A DNA stretch of 64,000 nt, taken from assembly GCA_019748155.1 (NCBI GenBank), contig JAIEPY010000021.1, positions 2,958-66,957 on the forward strand, read 5' to 3'. The stretch is from Burkholderiales bacterium (lineage in GTDB: Bacteria > Pseudomonadota > Gammaproteobacteria > Burkholderiales > UBA11063). Positions 28,790-39,040 of the stretch are shown piece after piece; the first letter of the stretch is position 1, and every line of letters begins with the position of its first letter. Both the position numbers and the translations under genes were made by a program. Below the pieces are notes generated by a model. It saw nothing but the letters and a program-made list of their open reading frames with translations, had not been told where the DNA came from and searched no databases.

Positions 28790-30076
28790 ATGCAGACAGA
28801 TCGTAAAATTATTAAATGGATTAGCGCCGAGCTATTTTTTATAGTTAGTGTTATTTCTAGTGTGATGTTTGGAGTTTTTAGTGCTGCCATATCACATGAT
28901 TTTCATTTGTCACCCAGTACCTTAGGGTGGCTCTCTGGCATCTTTTTTATTGTTTATGCGCTAGCTCAGTTTTACTCTGGGCGGCTATTTGTCTTGTTTC
29001 CTGCCTGGATTATTATGAGTAGCAGTGCTTTAATCGCTGCTCTTGGTGCATTAATTTTTGCGAATTGTTCTTCGATTGGACTGGTTTTTTTAGCGCGGAT
29101 TTTATTGGGGATTGGTCTGGCTTCAACTTTTGTTGGCGTACTCTATATAGTGCAGAAAAACTTTGCGGCTGCCTCATTTCCGATGATGTCTTCACTTAGC
29201 CAAAGTTCAGCTAATTTTTGTGCCGCTATTTTTGGTTTTTTTGCGGGTTCGGTGCATAATTATCATGCCTCATTTAACTTTCTGGCGCTGTTGCTGTTAG
29301 TTTGCAGTTTATTATCCTTTCTCTTTATTCGCGAGAAATCTAGTTCTGCTTTATCAGCAGAGCAGCCACAAGCTACACCGCAGCTAAGTATGTTGAATAC
29401 CGTGAGCTTGATTATCCGTAATCCGCAAGTTTGGTTGGCAGCCTTATATTTCTCAGGCTTATTTGGTGCGGTTTTGACCTTTGCCGATTTATTTAATGTT
29501 GCTTATCAAGTGCAAGCATTTCACCTTAATTTTAATACTGCGTCAATAATTAACTCGATGATACCACTTGGCTTAACTTGTGGTGGCTTACTTTGCGGAT
29601 ATTGGGCACAGAAGATCAAAAACTATGTTTTTCCAGCGCGTATTATGGGAGCATTAACTGTTGCTATGTTTAGCTTGATTCTTTTTGTTAAATTTGAGTC
29701 ACAATTTGCTCATGTTATTATTGCTGTTGTGAGTTTCTTGTTTGGTATTGGCTGCAGTGGTTCAATTTTAGCCTTTCAATGCTTGCAAGAAAACATCAGT
29801 GATGAACGGCTTAAGCCGATGGCAACTTCATTTGTTTTGACGTTTACTTACATTATGTCAGGAATGGTTGAACAACCAACGGTTGGTGATTTTATTGCGC
29901 GTACCCAGCTTAAAGTGATGAATCATAATGCAGGATTAAGTGCTGTACAAAGTTGGTTTTTTGATGCTGCAGATCAAGATAGCTGGCATAAATATAATTC
30001 GGGTTTATATGTGATTTTTGGCTTTCTCATTGTGAGTTTTATCACTAGCTGGTTTTTTAAACGTAAGCAAAATTAA
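28790..30076 (+). CDS. MFS-type transporter (about 12 TM)
   Basis: 428-aa polytopic membrane protein with two six-helix halves separated by a hydrophilic loop (REKSSSALSAEQPQ). Substrate unknown. Confidence 0.5.
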   Translation: MQTDRKIIKWISAELFFIVSVISSVMFGVFSAAISHDFHLSPSTLGWLSGIFFIVYALAQFYSGRLFVLFPAWIIMSSSALIAALGALIFANCSSIGLVFLARILLGIGLASTFVGVLYIVQKNFAAASFPMMSSLSQSSANFCAAIFGFFAGSVHNYHASFNFLALLLLVCSLLSFLFIREKSSSALSAEQPQATPQLSMLNTVSLIIRNPQVWLAALYFSGLFGAVLTFADLFNVAYQVQAFHLNFNTASIINSMIPLGLTCGGLLCGYWAQKIKNYVFPARIMGALTVAMFSLILFVKFESQFAHVIIAVVSFLFGIGCSGSILAFQCLQENISDERLKPMATSFVLTFTYIMSGMVEQPTVGDFIARTQLKVMNHNAGLSAVQSWFFDAADQDSWHKYNSGLYVIFGFLIVSFITSWFFKRKQN

Positions 30077-30077
30077 C

Positions 30078-30112
30078 AAAAAGCTGTTTGGAATATTTCA
30101 AACAGCTTTTTT
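30078..30112. terminator. bidirectional rho-independent terminator
   Basis: AAAAAGCTGTTTG-gaatattt-CAAACAGCTTTTTT: a perfect stem flanked by A and T tracts, between convergent genes. Confidence 0.85.
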
Positions 30113-31094
30113 AGATTAGTATCAAGATATTATGAAGCTGTTTTAGCTCAGTTGTAAAATGCTGCATGGTTTTGCGAAGCGTTGGTGCTTTAACCTGAGT
30201 AATTAATTCATTTAGCTCCAGATAATCTATTGCTAAAGAATAACTCTGGTTTTTATCGCTGATATTCTGAATTACCTGCAGAATTTTGAATAAAATTTGA
30301 CTGATTTGCGGGTTATTAAGACTGTCATTTTCTAGTTCATAGTAAAAAATAACAATAACTAAACGGTAAAGGCACCTGATTTGTAACACGCATTTATTGT
30401 AATTTTCGATTAGTTGTGGGTTCTTTTTACCTGCCAGTTCGTGTTTAGCTTCATCAATAGTTTTATTAAAATTAATCACATCATTGAGAAATTTAGTTTC
30501 AATGGTTAGGATATGCTGTCGAACTTGTTCGATATTATCTTGATTTTGAATATTCCTAATTAAATTGGTTATATCATCCAATGCGCTGAAGATTAGCTGG
30601 TGAGACTTCTTAATCGCATATTGCGGGAAGAACAGCAACATTGAAAGTAGAGCAAAGCTAATCCCAATGACAATGTCCATGATCCGATACATTGCATGCT
30701 CTAAGCTTGTACTCCCACTACTACCAAAAATTAAAATTGCCATAGTGGCGATACCGAGAACTCCGATATAGCTTTTTTTACTTCCCATAAAGATATAGGC
30801 ATAAACGAAACAAGATATACTCAATAGACTCCAGATAATTAGCCAATTATCATGAAAAAATAAAATACAAATTAAAGCAATGAATGAGCCAAATAAAGTG
30901 GCTAAAAAACGGAGTTTGCTACGATTAATTGTGCCACCTATCGTTTCCTGATCGAATAAAACGACTGTTGTTGTAACCGTAATCCAACCTGACATTGGAA
31001 TATTGATTAAATGTGCAGTAACTATTCCAGCCGCCAGTGCGAGAATCAAGCGCAGTGCCCGAATCATCCGGTTTTTATCCAACGTTAAATTCAT
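30111..31094 (-). CDS. FUSC/aromatic-acid-exporter-like membrane protein
   Basis: 327 aa. The N-terminal half has about 5-6 TM helices (RALRLILALAAGIVTAHL..). The C-terminal half is a helical soluble region. The start overlaps the murB stop (ATGA). Confidence 0.45.
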   Translation of the reverse strand: MNLTLDKNRMIRALRLILALAAGIVTAHLINIPMSGWITVTTTVVLFDQETIGGTINRSKLRFLATLFGSFIALICILFFHDNWLIIWSLLSISCFVYAYIFMGSKKSYIGVLGIATMAILIFGSSGSTSLEHAMYRIMDIVIGISFALLSMLLFFPQYAIKKSHQLIFSALDDITNLIRNIQNQDNIEQVRQHILTIETKFLNDVINFNKTIDEAKHELAGKKNPQLIENYNKCVLQIRCLYRLVIVIFYYELENDSLNNPQISQILFKILQVIQNISDKNQSYSLAIDYLELNELITQVKAPTLRKTMQHFTTELKQLHNILILI

Positions 31095-32098
31095 AATATA
31101 ATCGGTTCGATATTTAGTTGAATCTGATAATGCGCGTAAACTTTAGTCTGAATTTCTCTGGCAAAAGTCAGTAATTCATCTTTGCTTGCTATTGCATAAT
31201 TAACTAAAACTAAAGCTTGTTTAGGATAAACACCAATATTGCCGCTGCGAGTTCCTTTTAGTCCTAGATTATCAATCAGCCATCCCGCCGAGACTTTAAT
31301 TTGTTCTGCGTTTGCGCTAGGATATATTGGCAAATTTGGAAAACGTTGTTTTAGCTTTTGCGCTTGAGCTGCTGCAATAATCGGATTATGAAAGAAGCTT
31401 CCGGCATTGCCGATTTCTGCCGGATCAGGTAATTTACTCCGCCGGGTATTTATGATACACGCTCGTAAATCATTTGCTGTTGGATTATCAATCTCTGCCA
31501 TTTGTTTGGCAATATCGCCGTAGCTAATCATTAGCTTAGCAGTTGTCGGTAGTTTAAACGTAACGCTAACTACCAGATATTGTGGTTTATTTTTGAGATA
31601 ACTATTGCGATAGCTAAATTGACACTCGGCATTACTTAGTTTAGTTAATTGACGGAGGTTAAAATCATAAACCGTGACATAATCAATAAAATCCTTAACT
31701 TCAACCCCATAAGCACCGATATTTTGTACCGGAGAAGCACCAACGGTTCCCGGAATCAGGCTCAGATTCTCTAAGCCATAGGCTTGATTTGCAAGACAGT
31801 TTGCAACAAAATCATCCCAGATTTCACCAGCAGCTGCGGTTACTAATTTATAAGCAGACTTATCGCTGTTGAAAGTGATGCCTTTTAACTGATTATGAAT
31901 TACTAGCCCGTCATAGTTTTCTGGCAGAATTAGGTTGCTCCCACCGCCTAACACAAAATAGCGTGGATAATCAGCGATAATTGCAGCAATTTCGTCAAGC
32001 TGTTCTAAAGATGCTAACTGGATATAGTGATTAGTAACTGAATTAAGGCGAAGTGTATTAAGCTGTGTTAAGTTGATTGAATTCTGAATGGTTAACAT
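31091..32098 (-). CDS. murB: UDP-N-acetylenolpyruvoylglucosamine reductase
   Basis: 335 aa with LNTLRLNS.., the FAD-binding GGGSNLIL motif, and the C-terminal AGWLID..GLKG block. Confidence 0.9.
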   Translation of the reverse strand: MLTIQNSINLTQLNTLRLNSVTNHYIQLASLEQLDEIAAIIADYPRYFVLGGGSNLILPENYDGLVIHNQLKGITFNSDKSAYKLVTAAAGEIWDDFVANCLANQAYGLENLSLIPGTVGASPVQNIGAYGVEVKDFIDYVTVYDFNLRQLTKLSNAECQFSYRNSYLKNKPQYLVVSVTFKLPTTAKLMISYGDIAKQMAEIDNPTANDLRACIINTRRSKLPDPAEIGNAGSFFHNPIIAAAQAQKLKQRFPNLPIYPSANAEQIKVSAGWLIDNLGLKGTRSGNIGVYPKQALVLVNYAIASKDELLTFAREIQTKVYAHYQIQLNIEPIIL

Positions 32099-32116
32099 AT
32101 TAAAACCAGTCCTAAG

Positions 32117-32191
32117 TGGTGCCCCCGACAGGAATCGAACCTGTAACTGCCCCTTAGGAGGGGGCCGTTATATCCATTTAACTACGAGGAC
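32117..32191 (-). tRNA. tRNA-Arg (anticodon CCU)
   Basis: Hand-folded cloverleaf. Acceptor GTCCTCG/CGGGGGC (two G-U pairs); D stem GTTA/TAAC; anticodon stem GCCCC/GGGGC with loop CTCCTAA; T arm ACAGG-TTCGATT-CCTGT; encoded CCA. 75 nt. Confidence 0.88.
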
Positions 32192-32224
32192 GGTATGTTT
32201 TGAGTGGTAAATACTCACCCATAG

Positions 32225-32325
32225 CTGCCACAATATGCTGTAAGAGTTAGGAACAAGGCGACGTAGTGTACATCAGAAGTACATGAGGAGCCTTGTGACG
32301 ACGCTATTACTGCATAGGGTGGCAG
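32225..32325. repeat. palindromic intercistronic repeat element, copy 2 (ruvA/tRNA-Arg spacer)
   Basis: Diverged core ACAAGGCGACGTAGTGTACATCAGAAGTACATGAGGAGCCTTGTGACGACG. The outer arms CTGCCAC / GTGGCAG are self-complementary. Confidence 0.8.
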
Positions 32326-32332
32326 TTAAGTA

Positions 32333-32938
32333 TTAATGTTTACTAAGCAATTTCAATGACTCTTTAATTCCCTGGCTGAGATCATTTAACTCGGGTAATT
32401 GCTTGATAACTTGGCTGATTTCCTTGTTATTATAGCCAAGGCTTTCCAGCGCATTAGCAATATCTTTGCGAATATTGGTGTCTTGATTTTGCGCGCTACC
32501 GGCAAACAAACCTGTTGCAGTTAACACCCCCGAGGTATTGCTTAATTTACCTTTGAGCTCCAATAGCATGCGCTCTGCCATTTTTTTACCTACGCCAGGA
32601 GTTAGACATAAGGTATTAGCATCATCTTCTTCAATCGCGACGTAAAGCTGTTGGCTATTCATCGTTGAGAGCAAGGCTAAGGCAATTCGTGGACCTATTC
32701 CAGATATTTTTATTAATTGGCGAAAGCAATTGCGCTCAGCGCGATCAACAAAACCAAAGAGTAAATGTGCATCTTCCCGAACCACCTGATGGGTAAACAA
32801 AGTAACTTCGTTGCCTAGCGGGGGTAATTGTGCCAGATGTGAGATTGGCAAGTCAAGTTCATAACCAACCCCACCAGCAAGAATGATCACTTGTGGCGGG
32901 CTTAGTTCAACTAATTTTCCAGTGATTAATGCTATCAT
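32333..32938 (-). CDS. ruvA: Holliday junction branch-migration complex subunit RuvA
   Basis: MIALITGKLVE..GGVGYELDLP start, the HhH region ISGIGPRIALALLS, and a C-terminal domain III. Confidence 0.92.
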   Translation of the reverse strand: MIALITGKLVELSPPQVIILAGGVGYELDLPISHLAQLPPLGNEVTLFTHQVVREDAHLLFGFVDRAERNCFRQLIKISGIGPRIALALLSTMNSQQLYVAIEEDDANTLCLTPGVGKKMAERMLLELKGKLSNTSGVLTATGLFAGSAQNQDTNIRKDIANALESLGYNNKEISQVIKQLPELNDLSQGIKESLKLLSKH

Positions 32939-32940
32939 AA

Positions 32941-33744
32941 TCAGAATGAAGGAACGATTGCACCGTTATATTTTTGCTCAATAAATTTCTTCATTTCTGG
33001 TGAAGTCATCGCTTTAGCTAGCGCTTTCATTTTAGGCTGATTTAACTCATCCGGGCGAACCGCGATAATATTCGTAAATGGGCTGTTCTTGCTTTCTAAG
33101 ATTACGGCATCACGAGTTGGTTTTAAGTTAGCCGATAACGCATAGTTTGAGTTAATCAGAGCTAAATCAAGCTGTTTTCCCGCAAGTGAGCGTGGTAACA
33201 TTGCTGGATCTAGTTCTACGATTTGAACATTGTATGGGTTAGCTATAATATCTCGTTTAGTCGGATAAGCAATACCAGCTTTAAGTTTTAAAATTCCGTT
33301 AGCTTGCAGAATATTAACTGCACGTCCTTCGTTAGTTGGATCATTGGGTACACCGATTTTACTTTTTGGGGCTACATCAACAGCTTTTTTAGTTTTGATA
33401 AATTTAGCTTCACTGTCTGCATTGGCATAGACACCCATCGGCTCAAGGTGTACTCTTACTAAACTTACCAAGTCAGTTTTATGATCTTTATTATATTGAT
33501 CCAAGTATGGCTGGTGCTGGAAAAAATTGGCATCAATCTGCTTTTGTGATAGAGCTAGATTTGGCGTAATATAATCCGAAAACTCAATCACTTTTAGCGT
33601 ATAGCCTTGTTTGGCTAATTCTGGTTGCACAAATTTTAACATTTCAGCATGTGGAACTGGTGATGCGCCTACGGTAATGGTTTCTGCAGCGAATGAACTA
33701 ACCCCGGTAGCTAGTCCTGCCAAAATTAATAATGTTTTTTTCAT
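32941..33744 (-). CDS. metQ: methionine ABC transporter substrate-binding protein (NlpA/MetQ family)
   Basis: 267 aa with a signal peptide. MetQ blocks ITVGASPVPHAE, QIDANFFQHQPYL and NDPTNEGRA. Confidence 0.85.
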   Translation of the reverse strand: MKKTLLILAGLATGVSSFAAETITVGASPVPHAEMLKFVQPELAKQGYTLKVIEFSDYITPNLALSQKQIDANFFQHQPYLDQYNKDHKTDLVSLVRVHLEPMGVYANADSEAKFIKTKKAVDVAPKSKIGVPNDPTNEGRAVNILQANGILKLKAGIAYPTKRDIIANPYNVQIVELDPAMLPRSLAGKQLDLALINSNYALSANLKPTRDAVILESKNSPFTNIIAVRPDELNQPKMKALAKAMTSPEMKKFIEQKYNGAIVPSF

Positions 33745-33805
33745 TCAAATTCTCCCTTTTATAATTATTGATTATATTTTTAAATTTTAAAAACCTAGGA
33801 TACGG

Positions 33806-34483
33806 TTATTTACGTAATATACGTACTAAAAAATCTCCAACGACCTGAATAAGCTGTACCATGACTACCATCAATACTACGGTAATTAACATGACATCAG
33901 TTTGAAAGCGTTGATAGCCATAGCGAATTGCCAGATCACCCAATCCACCACCACCAACAGTTCCCGCCATTGCCGTATAAGAAACCAGCGCGATCGCGGT
34001 CACGGTGATACTGGCAATCAGGCTGGGCATAATTTCTGGTAGTAAGATATGCCAGACAATTTGCCAGGTACTGGCACCACATGACTCTGCCATATGGAAG
34101 ATTCCATCGTCAATTTCTTTGAGTGCATTTTCAACTAAGCGGGCAAAGAATGGAAAAGCACCAACTACTAATGGTGGAATTGTTCCTTTAGCACCCAGTG
34201 AAGTTCCTACCAACATCGTGGTCGTAGGAATCATAACAATTAATAAAATGATGAAGGGTACCGAACGCAAGACATTGATGATAAATGAGAGGATATTATA
34301 AACCCATTTATTTTGTAATAAACGTCCTTTGCTACTTAGAAATAGAATCAGACCAACCGGAATACCAATCAGGGTACTAAATAAGACCGCAAAACCGAGC
34401 ATAAACAATGTATCTAAGGTTGCCTGATTAATCTCGCTCCAGTCAACATTAGTAGTTAAATCATTAATAATTGCAAACGACAT
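33806..34483 (-). CDS. metI: methionine ABC transporter permease
   Basis: 225-aa five-TM permease with an EAA-like loop (MAESCGASTWQIVWHILLPE). Confidence 0.85.
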   Translation of the reverse strand: MSFAIINDLTTNVDWSEINQATLDTLFMLGFAVLFSTLIGIPVGLILFLSSKGRLLQNKWVYNILSFIINVLRSVPFIILLIVMIPTTTMLVGTSLGAKGTIPPLVVGAFPFFARLVENALKEIDDGIFHMAESCGASTWQIVWHILLPEIMPSLIASITVTAIALVSYTAMAGTVGGGGLGDLAIRYGYQRFQTDVMLITVVLMVVMVQLIQVVGDFLVRILRK

Positions 34484-34540
34484 TTTCTTCTACCCAAAAG
34501 AAATTAATATATTTATATATAGCTAACTGCCGGAATATGA

Positions 34541-35566
34541 TTAGTGGACTATTTCAAAATGAACCTTCATTGAGCGCATGATGCTACAGGCTTTTTCCAA
34601 GCTACCTTCGTCACCGTCAAATTCAATCAGTAGCTGTCCAAAAGGCATATGTTTAATTCGGTCTAGTTCGCCACGCAAGATACTAAAATTAGCATTAGTT
34701 TCATTGCTAATTATATTTAGAATCGGCTGGTAAGTTGCTTCACCAACAAATGATAACAGCAGTATATGTTTATTAGGGTGTTTTTCAAACTGGTAGAAGT
34801 GTTTTACCTTCTCAAGGTATTTATCTGATTCTTCCTCAATGATTAACTTGCGTGTCAGAGGCTCTTTAGGGTGCAATAAGATATCGAAAGCATTACCTTG
34901 TTCGATAATTTTACCCTTGTCAATCACTGCAACTTTATCACAGATTTTGCGTACAACTTCCAGTTCATGGGTAATCAAAACTACGGTAATACCAAGTCGT
35001 TGATTAATTTCGAGTAATAACTCCAAGATATCATTGGTAGTTTGTGGATCCAAGGCTGAAGTGGCTTCATCACTGAGTAGCAACTTTGGCTTAGTAATCA
35101 ATGCGCGCGCAATTCCGACCCGTTGTTTTTGTCCGCCGGACAAACTTGCTGGGTATTTATTGGCAAACTGGCTTAAACCAACTAAAGACAGCATTTCATC
35201 AACAGCCGTTTTGATTTCTGCTTTGTTGTGTTTACCTTGTAACGTCAGTGGTAGAGCAACATTTGCAAAAATTGTTTTGGAACTTAGTAGATTGAAATGC
35301 TGAAAAATTACGCCAATTTGTTGACGTTGTATCCGTAACTCATTGACCGAAATTGCGGTTAGATCCACTCCATCCACAATTATCTTGCCGCTATCCGGGC
35401 GTTCCAATAAATTTAAGCACTTAATCAGAGTTGATTTACCAGCACCGGACTTACCGATGATTCCAAATACCTCACCTTTGGCGACCTCAAGGTTAATATC
35501 ATCAATAACCTTGATCTGACCTTTTTTCTGCTTATAGCTTTTGCTTAAATTTTGGATCGTTATCAT
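34541..35566 (-). CDS. metN: methionine ABC transporter ATP-binding protein
   Basis: Walker A GKSGAGKS, signature LSGGQKQR, Walker B LLLSDEATSALD and a C-terminal NIL-like domain. Confidence 0.88.
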   Translation of the reverse strand: MITIQNLSKSYKQKKGQIKVIDDINLEVAKGEVFGIIGKSGAGKSTLIKCLNLLERPDSGKIIVDGVDLTAISVNELRIQRQQIGVIFQHFNLLSSKTIFANVALPLTLQGKHNKAEIKTAVDEMLSLVGLSQFANKYPASLSGGQKQRVGIARALITKPKLLLSDEATSALDPQTTNDILELLLEINQRLGITVVLITHELEVVRKICDKVAVIDKGKIIEQGNAFDILLHPKEPLTRKLIIEEESDKYLEKVKHFYQFEKHPNKHILLLSFVGEATYQPILNIISNETNANFSILRGELDRIKHMPFGQLLIEFDGDEGSLEKACSIMRSMKVHFEIVH

Positions 35567-35571
35567 TGTAT

Positions 35572-36057
35572 TTAGTCGCGGAAATTAATAAACTGCAATG
35601 GCAGTTCCGTAATATCTTTTTTAAGCAGGGCAATTGCATCTTGCAAGTCATCACGTTTAGTGCCTGTTACTCGTACAGTTTCACCTTGAATTGAGGCCTG
35701 AACTTTTAATTTGCTGTCTTTGATATGTTTGGTAATTTTTTTACCTTGTTCTTGCTCAATCCCATTTCTAACTTTGATAAGTTCTTTTAGCTTGTTACCG
35801 CTAACTTTTTCAATTTTACCTTCGCTTAGCGAACGGGTGTCAACTCCGCGTTTGGTAAGTTTACCAACTAGAATGTCTTTGACCTGACCTAACTGAAAAT
35901 CATTGTCAGCATAGATGGTTAGATCTAGTTCTTTAAGTTCAATCTTACAGTCAGAGCCCTTAAAATCAAAGCGGTTCGCAATTTCTTTGTTGGATTGATC
36001 GATGGCATTAGTTAATTCAACTTTATTTACTTCAGATACTACGTCAAATGATGGCAT
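35572..36057 (-). CDS. yajQ: YajQ-family nucleotide (c-di-GMP)-binding protein
   Basis: 161 aa. [29 protein letters not shown] is the typical UPF0234/YajQ N-terminus. Confidence 0.88.
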   Translation of the reverse strand: MPSFDVVSEVNKVELTNAIDQSNKEIANRFDFKGSDCKIELKELDLTIYADNDFQLGQVKDILVGKLTKRGVDTRSLSEGKIEKVSGNKLKELIKVRNGIEQEQGKKITKHIKDSKLKVQASIQGETVRVTGTKRDDLQDAIALLKKDITELPLQFINFRD

Positions 36058-36315
36058 AAATGTTACTCCTAGCGATAATTTTTTTGAATTTTTGATTATA
36101 GCATAAATACGGCAAATATCATAAAGATTTTGTGCGCTGCATCAAATAAAATATATCTCTATTTATAAGAGTAGTGTACATTTATTTGGGTGTTACTATC
36201 TGGATTAGCGCTATTTATTTGCTTAGCAGAGCTTGGTAATCGTTGACTAAAGTGGAAGGTTTTTATATGTGGTATAATCAGCACCTGAAATTATACAGTC
36301 AAGGAATAGATTAAA

Positions 36316-36651
36316 ATGCCTATAATTAAAGTGTTACCACATGAGGAAGTTTGCCCTAACGGTGCTGAGTTTCAGGTTGAAAGTACTAAAAATTTATGTA
36401 AAAGTTTGCTAGAACATGGAATTGAGATTGAGCATGCCTGTGAAATGGCACGCGCTTGTACCACCTGTCATGTGATTATTCGCCAAGGGTTTAATTCACT
36501 GAATGAACTGGATGAGCGAGAGGAGGATTTATTGGATATGGCATGGGGGCTCACTTCGCTCTCGCGTTTATCATGTCAAGCTTTAACTGGTAATGAAGAT
36601 TTAGTGGTTGAGATTCCCAAATATACGATTAATCACGCCAAAGAAGGCTAG
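36316..36651 (+). CDS. fdx: 2Fe-2S ferredoxin, ISC/adrenodoxin type
   Basis: 111 aa. Cluster ligands appear in HACEMARACTTCH and ..SRLSCQA.. It is colinear with E. coli Fdx, including the C-terminal VVEIPKYTINHAKE. Confidence 0.88.
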   Translation: MPIIKVLPHEEVCPNGAEFQVESTKNLCKSLLEHGIEIEHACEMARACTTCHVIIRQGFNSLNELDEREEDLLDMAWGLTSLSRLSCQALTGNEDLVVEIPKYTINHAKEG

Positions 36652-36656
36652 AAAAT

Positions 36657-37691
36657 ATGAACCAGCAAGACGAAAAACATAGCAAATTTTTAGCTCATGA
36701 TGATTCGGGTAGTCATGTGCACGGTGATGACAGTCATAACAATATCGCGCATAACCACAATCGTAGTAGCGCTCATGAGCACGATCATGCTGAACATAGT
36801 CATAATCATGGTAATATGATCCGTGAAACCAGTGGTCGGATATTATTTTGGTGCTTGATTGCGACTTTTACCTTTTCACTGGTTGAAGGAATTGCGGGAT
36901 ATTTAATTCATTCGATAGCCTTACAATCTGACGCGGTACATATGATGACTGACGCTGCGGGACTAATGATTGCTTATTTTGCTAATGTTATCAGTAAACG
37001 CCCGGCAACAGTTAATCTTACCTTTGGTTATGGTAAAGCTGAGGTCTTAGGCGCACTGATTAATTGTATGTTTACTACTGTGCTCACGCTATGGTTACTA
37101 TTTGAAGTAGTTCAACGTTTTATGCAGCCTGTTGCAGTTCATGGGGCTAGTTTATTCGTTGTTGCCGCATTAGGCTTCTTGGTTAATGGCGTAATTGTCT
37201 GGGTTTTATCTAAAAACTCGCACTCATTGAATACTAAGGCTGCGATGATACATGCAATGGGGGATCTATTTGGCTCTTTGGTTGCGATTGTTGCCGGAGC
37301 AATTATTTACTTTACCAACTGGTCGATTGTTGATCCGCTACTGTCTTTAGTCGTAATTATTTTATTGATTGTTTCTAATTTTAATTTAATGAAAAAATCT
37401 GCCATAATTCTGATGGCTGGAGTTCCGGATAATGTAAATTATGAGCAGGTTGGTAAAGATTTATTGGCAATTGAGGGTTTACTAGAGGTGCATGACCTTC
37501 ATGTGTGGTATATCTCAGCTAACCAAGCCGCCTTATCTGCTCATGTGGTTGCATGTAATCCAGAAGGCTGGCCACAAATCTTAAAAGATTGCCAGAATAT
37601 GCTATTGAGTAAACATAAAATTGACCATGTAACTTTACAATATGAATTTGATGACCTCAAATGTAAAGAAGTTGCTTGTTGTCCTGAGTAG
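36657..37691 (+). CDS. czcD: cation diffusion facilitator (Zn/Co/Cd efflux, CzcD/ZitB-like)
   Basis: His-rich N-terminus (HVHGDDSHNNIAHNHNRSSAHEHDHAEHSHNHG), six TM helices, metal-site motifs HMMTDAAG and HAMGDLFGS, and a C-terminal cytoplasmic domain. Confidence 0.85.
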   Translation: MNQQDEKHSKFLAHDDSGSHVHGDDSHNNIAHNHNRSSAHEHDHAEHSHNHGNMIRETSGRILFWCLIATFTFSLVEGIAGYLIHSIALQSDAVHMMTDAAGLMIAYFANVISKRPATVNLTFGYGKAEVLGALINCMFTTVLTLWLLFEVVQRFMQPVAVHGASLFVVAALGFLVNGVIVWVLSKNSHSLNTKAAMIHAMGDLFGSLVAIVAGAIIYFTNWSIVDPLLSLVVIILLIVSNFNLMKKSAIILMAGVPDNVNYEQVGKDLLAIEGLLEVHDLHVWYISANQAALSAHVVACNPEGWPQILKDCQNMLLSKHKIDHVTLQYEFDDLKCKEVACCPE

Positions 37692-37729
37692 TTTTAAAAT
37701 AATAATCTAGGGTATAACTATTAATTAGC

Positions 37730-37762
37730 AAAACCAGTTAATTTATTGTTAACTGGTTTTTT
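37730..37762. terminator. bidirectional rho-independent terminator
   Basis: AAAACCAGTTAA-tttattg-TTAACTGGTTTTTT between the convergent czcD and ppa. Confidence 0.85.
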
Positions 37763-37781
37763 GGAATCATAAAGATGGAGT

Positions 37782-38300
37782 TTATTTATAACGCTCAATC
37801 GAATCCTGAACTTCTTTAATCGCAGCCTTAGCATCTTCAATACCAGATAATTTTACCCATTTACCTTTTTCAAGTTTTTTGTAATTTTCAAAAAAGTGAA
37901 CGATTTGTTGGATTTGTAGAGCTGGTAAATCTTCAATTTTGTCAACTTCCGCATACATTGCGCAAACTTTTTTAGTGGGAACTGCGATAATTTTTGCATC
38001 AATCCCACTTTCATCTTCCATGCGTAATACGCCTAATGGACGACATTTAATCATGCTACCATGTGCTACTGGGTAAGGGGTGATTACTACCACATCGGCT
38101 GGATCACCATCTTCAGATAATGTATTTGGAATAAAACCATAGTTAGCAGGGTAAGACATCGCAGTACTGACAAAACGATCCACAAAAAGCACGCCAGCTT
38201 CTTTATTCATTTCATATTTTACCGGTGGAGCACCAGCAGGAATTTCAATAATAACGTTAAATTCTTCAGCAGAACCGATTTCAATATTTTTTAAATTCAT
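37782..38300 (-). CDS. ppa: inorganic pyrophosphatase (family I)
   Basis: 172 aa. VIIEIP.., YPANYGFIP and [10 protein letters not shown] motifs. AGGAG Shine-Dalgarno upstream. Confidence 0.93.
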   Translation of the reverse strand: MNLKNIEIGSAEEFNVIIEIPAGAPPVKYEMNKEAGVLFVDRFVSTAMSYPANYGFIPNTLSEDGDPADVVVITPYPVAHGSMIKCRPLGVLRMEDESGIDAKIIAVPTKKVCAMYAEVDKIEDLPALQIQQIVHFFENYKKLEKGKWVKLSGIEDAKAAIKEVQDSIERYK

Positions 38301-38381
38301 TAAGAACTCCTAAAAAAGTTTGTAAGATGTATAATTATACCTTGGAATTATCCATAAAAGCAAATAAAGAGTAGGTGTGAA

Positions 38382-39002
38382 ATGTTAGATCGTGCAATTG
38401 TAGAAGTCGATAAAATTTTTAAGAATTTATTCCATAAGCCTTTATCTAAACGCCCTCATCCCGATAATAGTATTCAGGATGGTGAATTTAGTGAGGCAGA
38501 ACGCAAACACATTATTGGTTTAATGCGAATCAATCATTGCGGTGAAATTTGTGCTCAAGGGCTCTATCAGGGGCAGGCAATTACCGCACGCGATAAAACT
38601 AATAAGGATGCTTTTGCCCATGCAGCTTATGAAGAAGTTGAACATTTGGCATGGACAGAGCAGCGAATTCATGAGCTGGGTGGTAAAACCAGCCTGCTTA
38701 ATCCTTTATTTTATGCAGGAAGTTTAGCGATTGGAATCAGTGCTGGGCTTTTGGGTGATAAATGGAACCTGGGATTTCTCGAGGAAACCGAAAAGCAGGT
38801 TGAGGGGCACTTGGTGGATCATTTGGAGAAATTACCAGTGCATGATAACAAAAGTCGGGCGATTTTGGAGCAGATGAAAGAAGATGAAATCAAGCATGCA
38901 CATATGGCGCACGATTTTGGTGCGGCTGAATTACCCGAAATAGTCAAGAAAACTATGACACTAAGTTCTAAAATTATGACCAAGGCTGCATACCATATCT
39001 AG
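38382..39002 (+). CDS. coq7: demethoxyubiquinone hydroxylase (di-iron Coq7 type)
   Basis: 206 aa. MRINHCGEICAQGLYQGQ plus repeated ExxH di-iron motifs (EEVEHL, EDEIKH). Confidence 0.88.
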   Translation: MLDRAIVEVDKIFKNLFHKPLSKRPHPDNSIQDGEFSEAERKHIIGLMRINHCGEICAQGLYQGQAITARDKTNKDAFAHAAYEEVEHLAWTEQRIHELGGKTSLLNPLFYAGSLAIGISAGLLGDKWNLGFLEETEKQVEGHLVDHLEKLPVHDNKSRAILEQMKEDEIKHAHMAHDFGAAELPEIVKKTMTLSSKIMTKAAYHI

Positions 39003-39040
39003 GCAAGTAAATTATGCTTAAATATATTGAGGAGTAGATA

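Noticed and set aside
36316-37691. The fdx-czcD adjacency (a stand-alone ISC-type ferredoxin 5 nt from a metal-efflux gene) considered as an unusual functional pairing.
   Set aside because: Both genes are ordinary and intact. Adjacency alone is weak evidence, and the isc operon may simply lie elsewhere.
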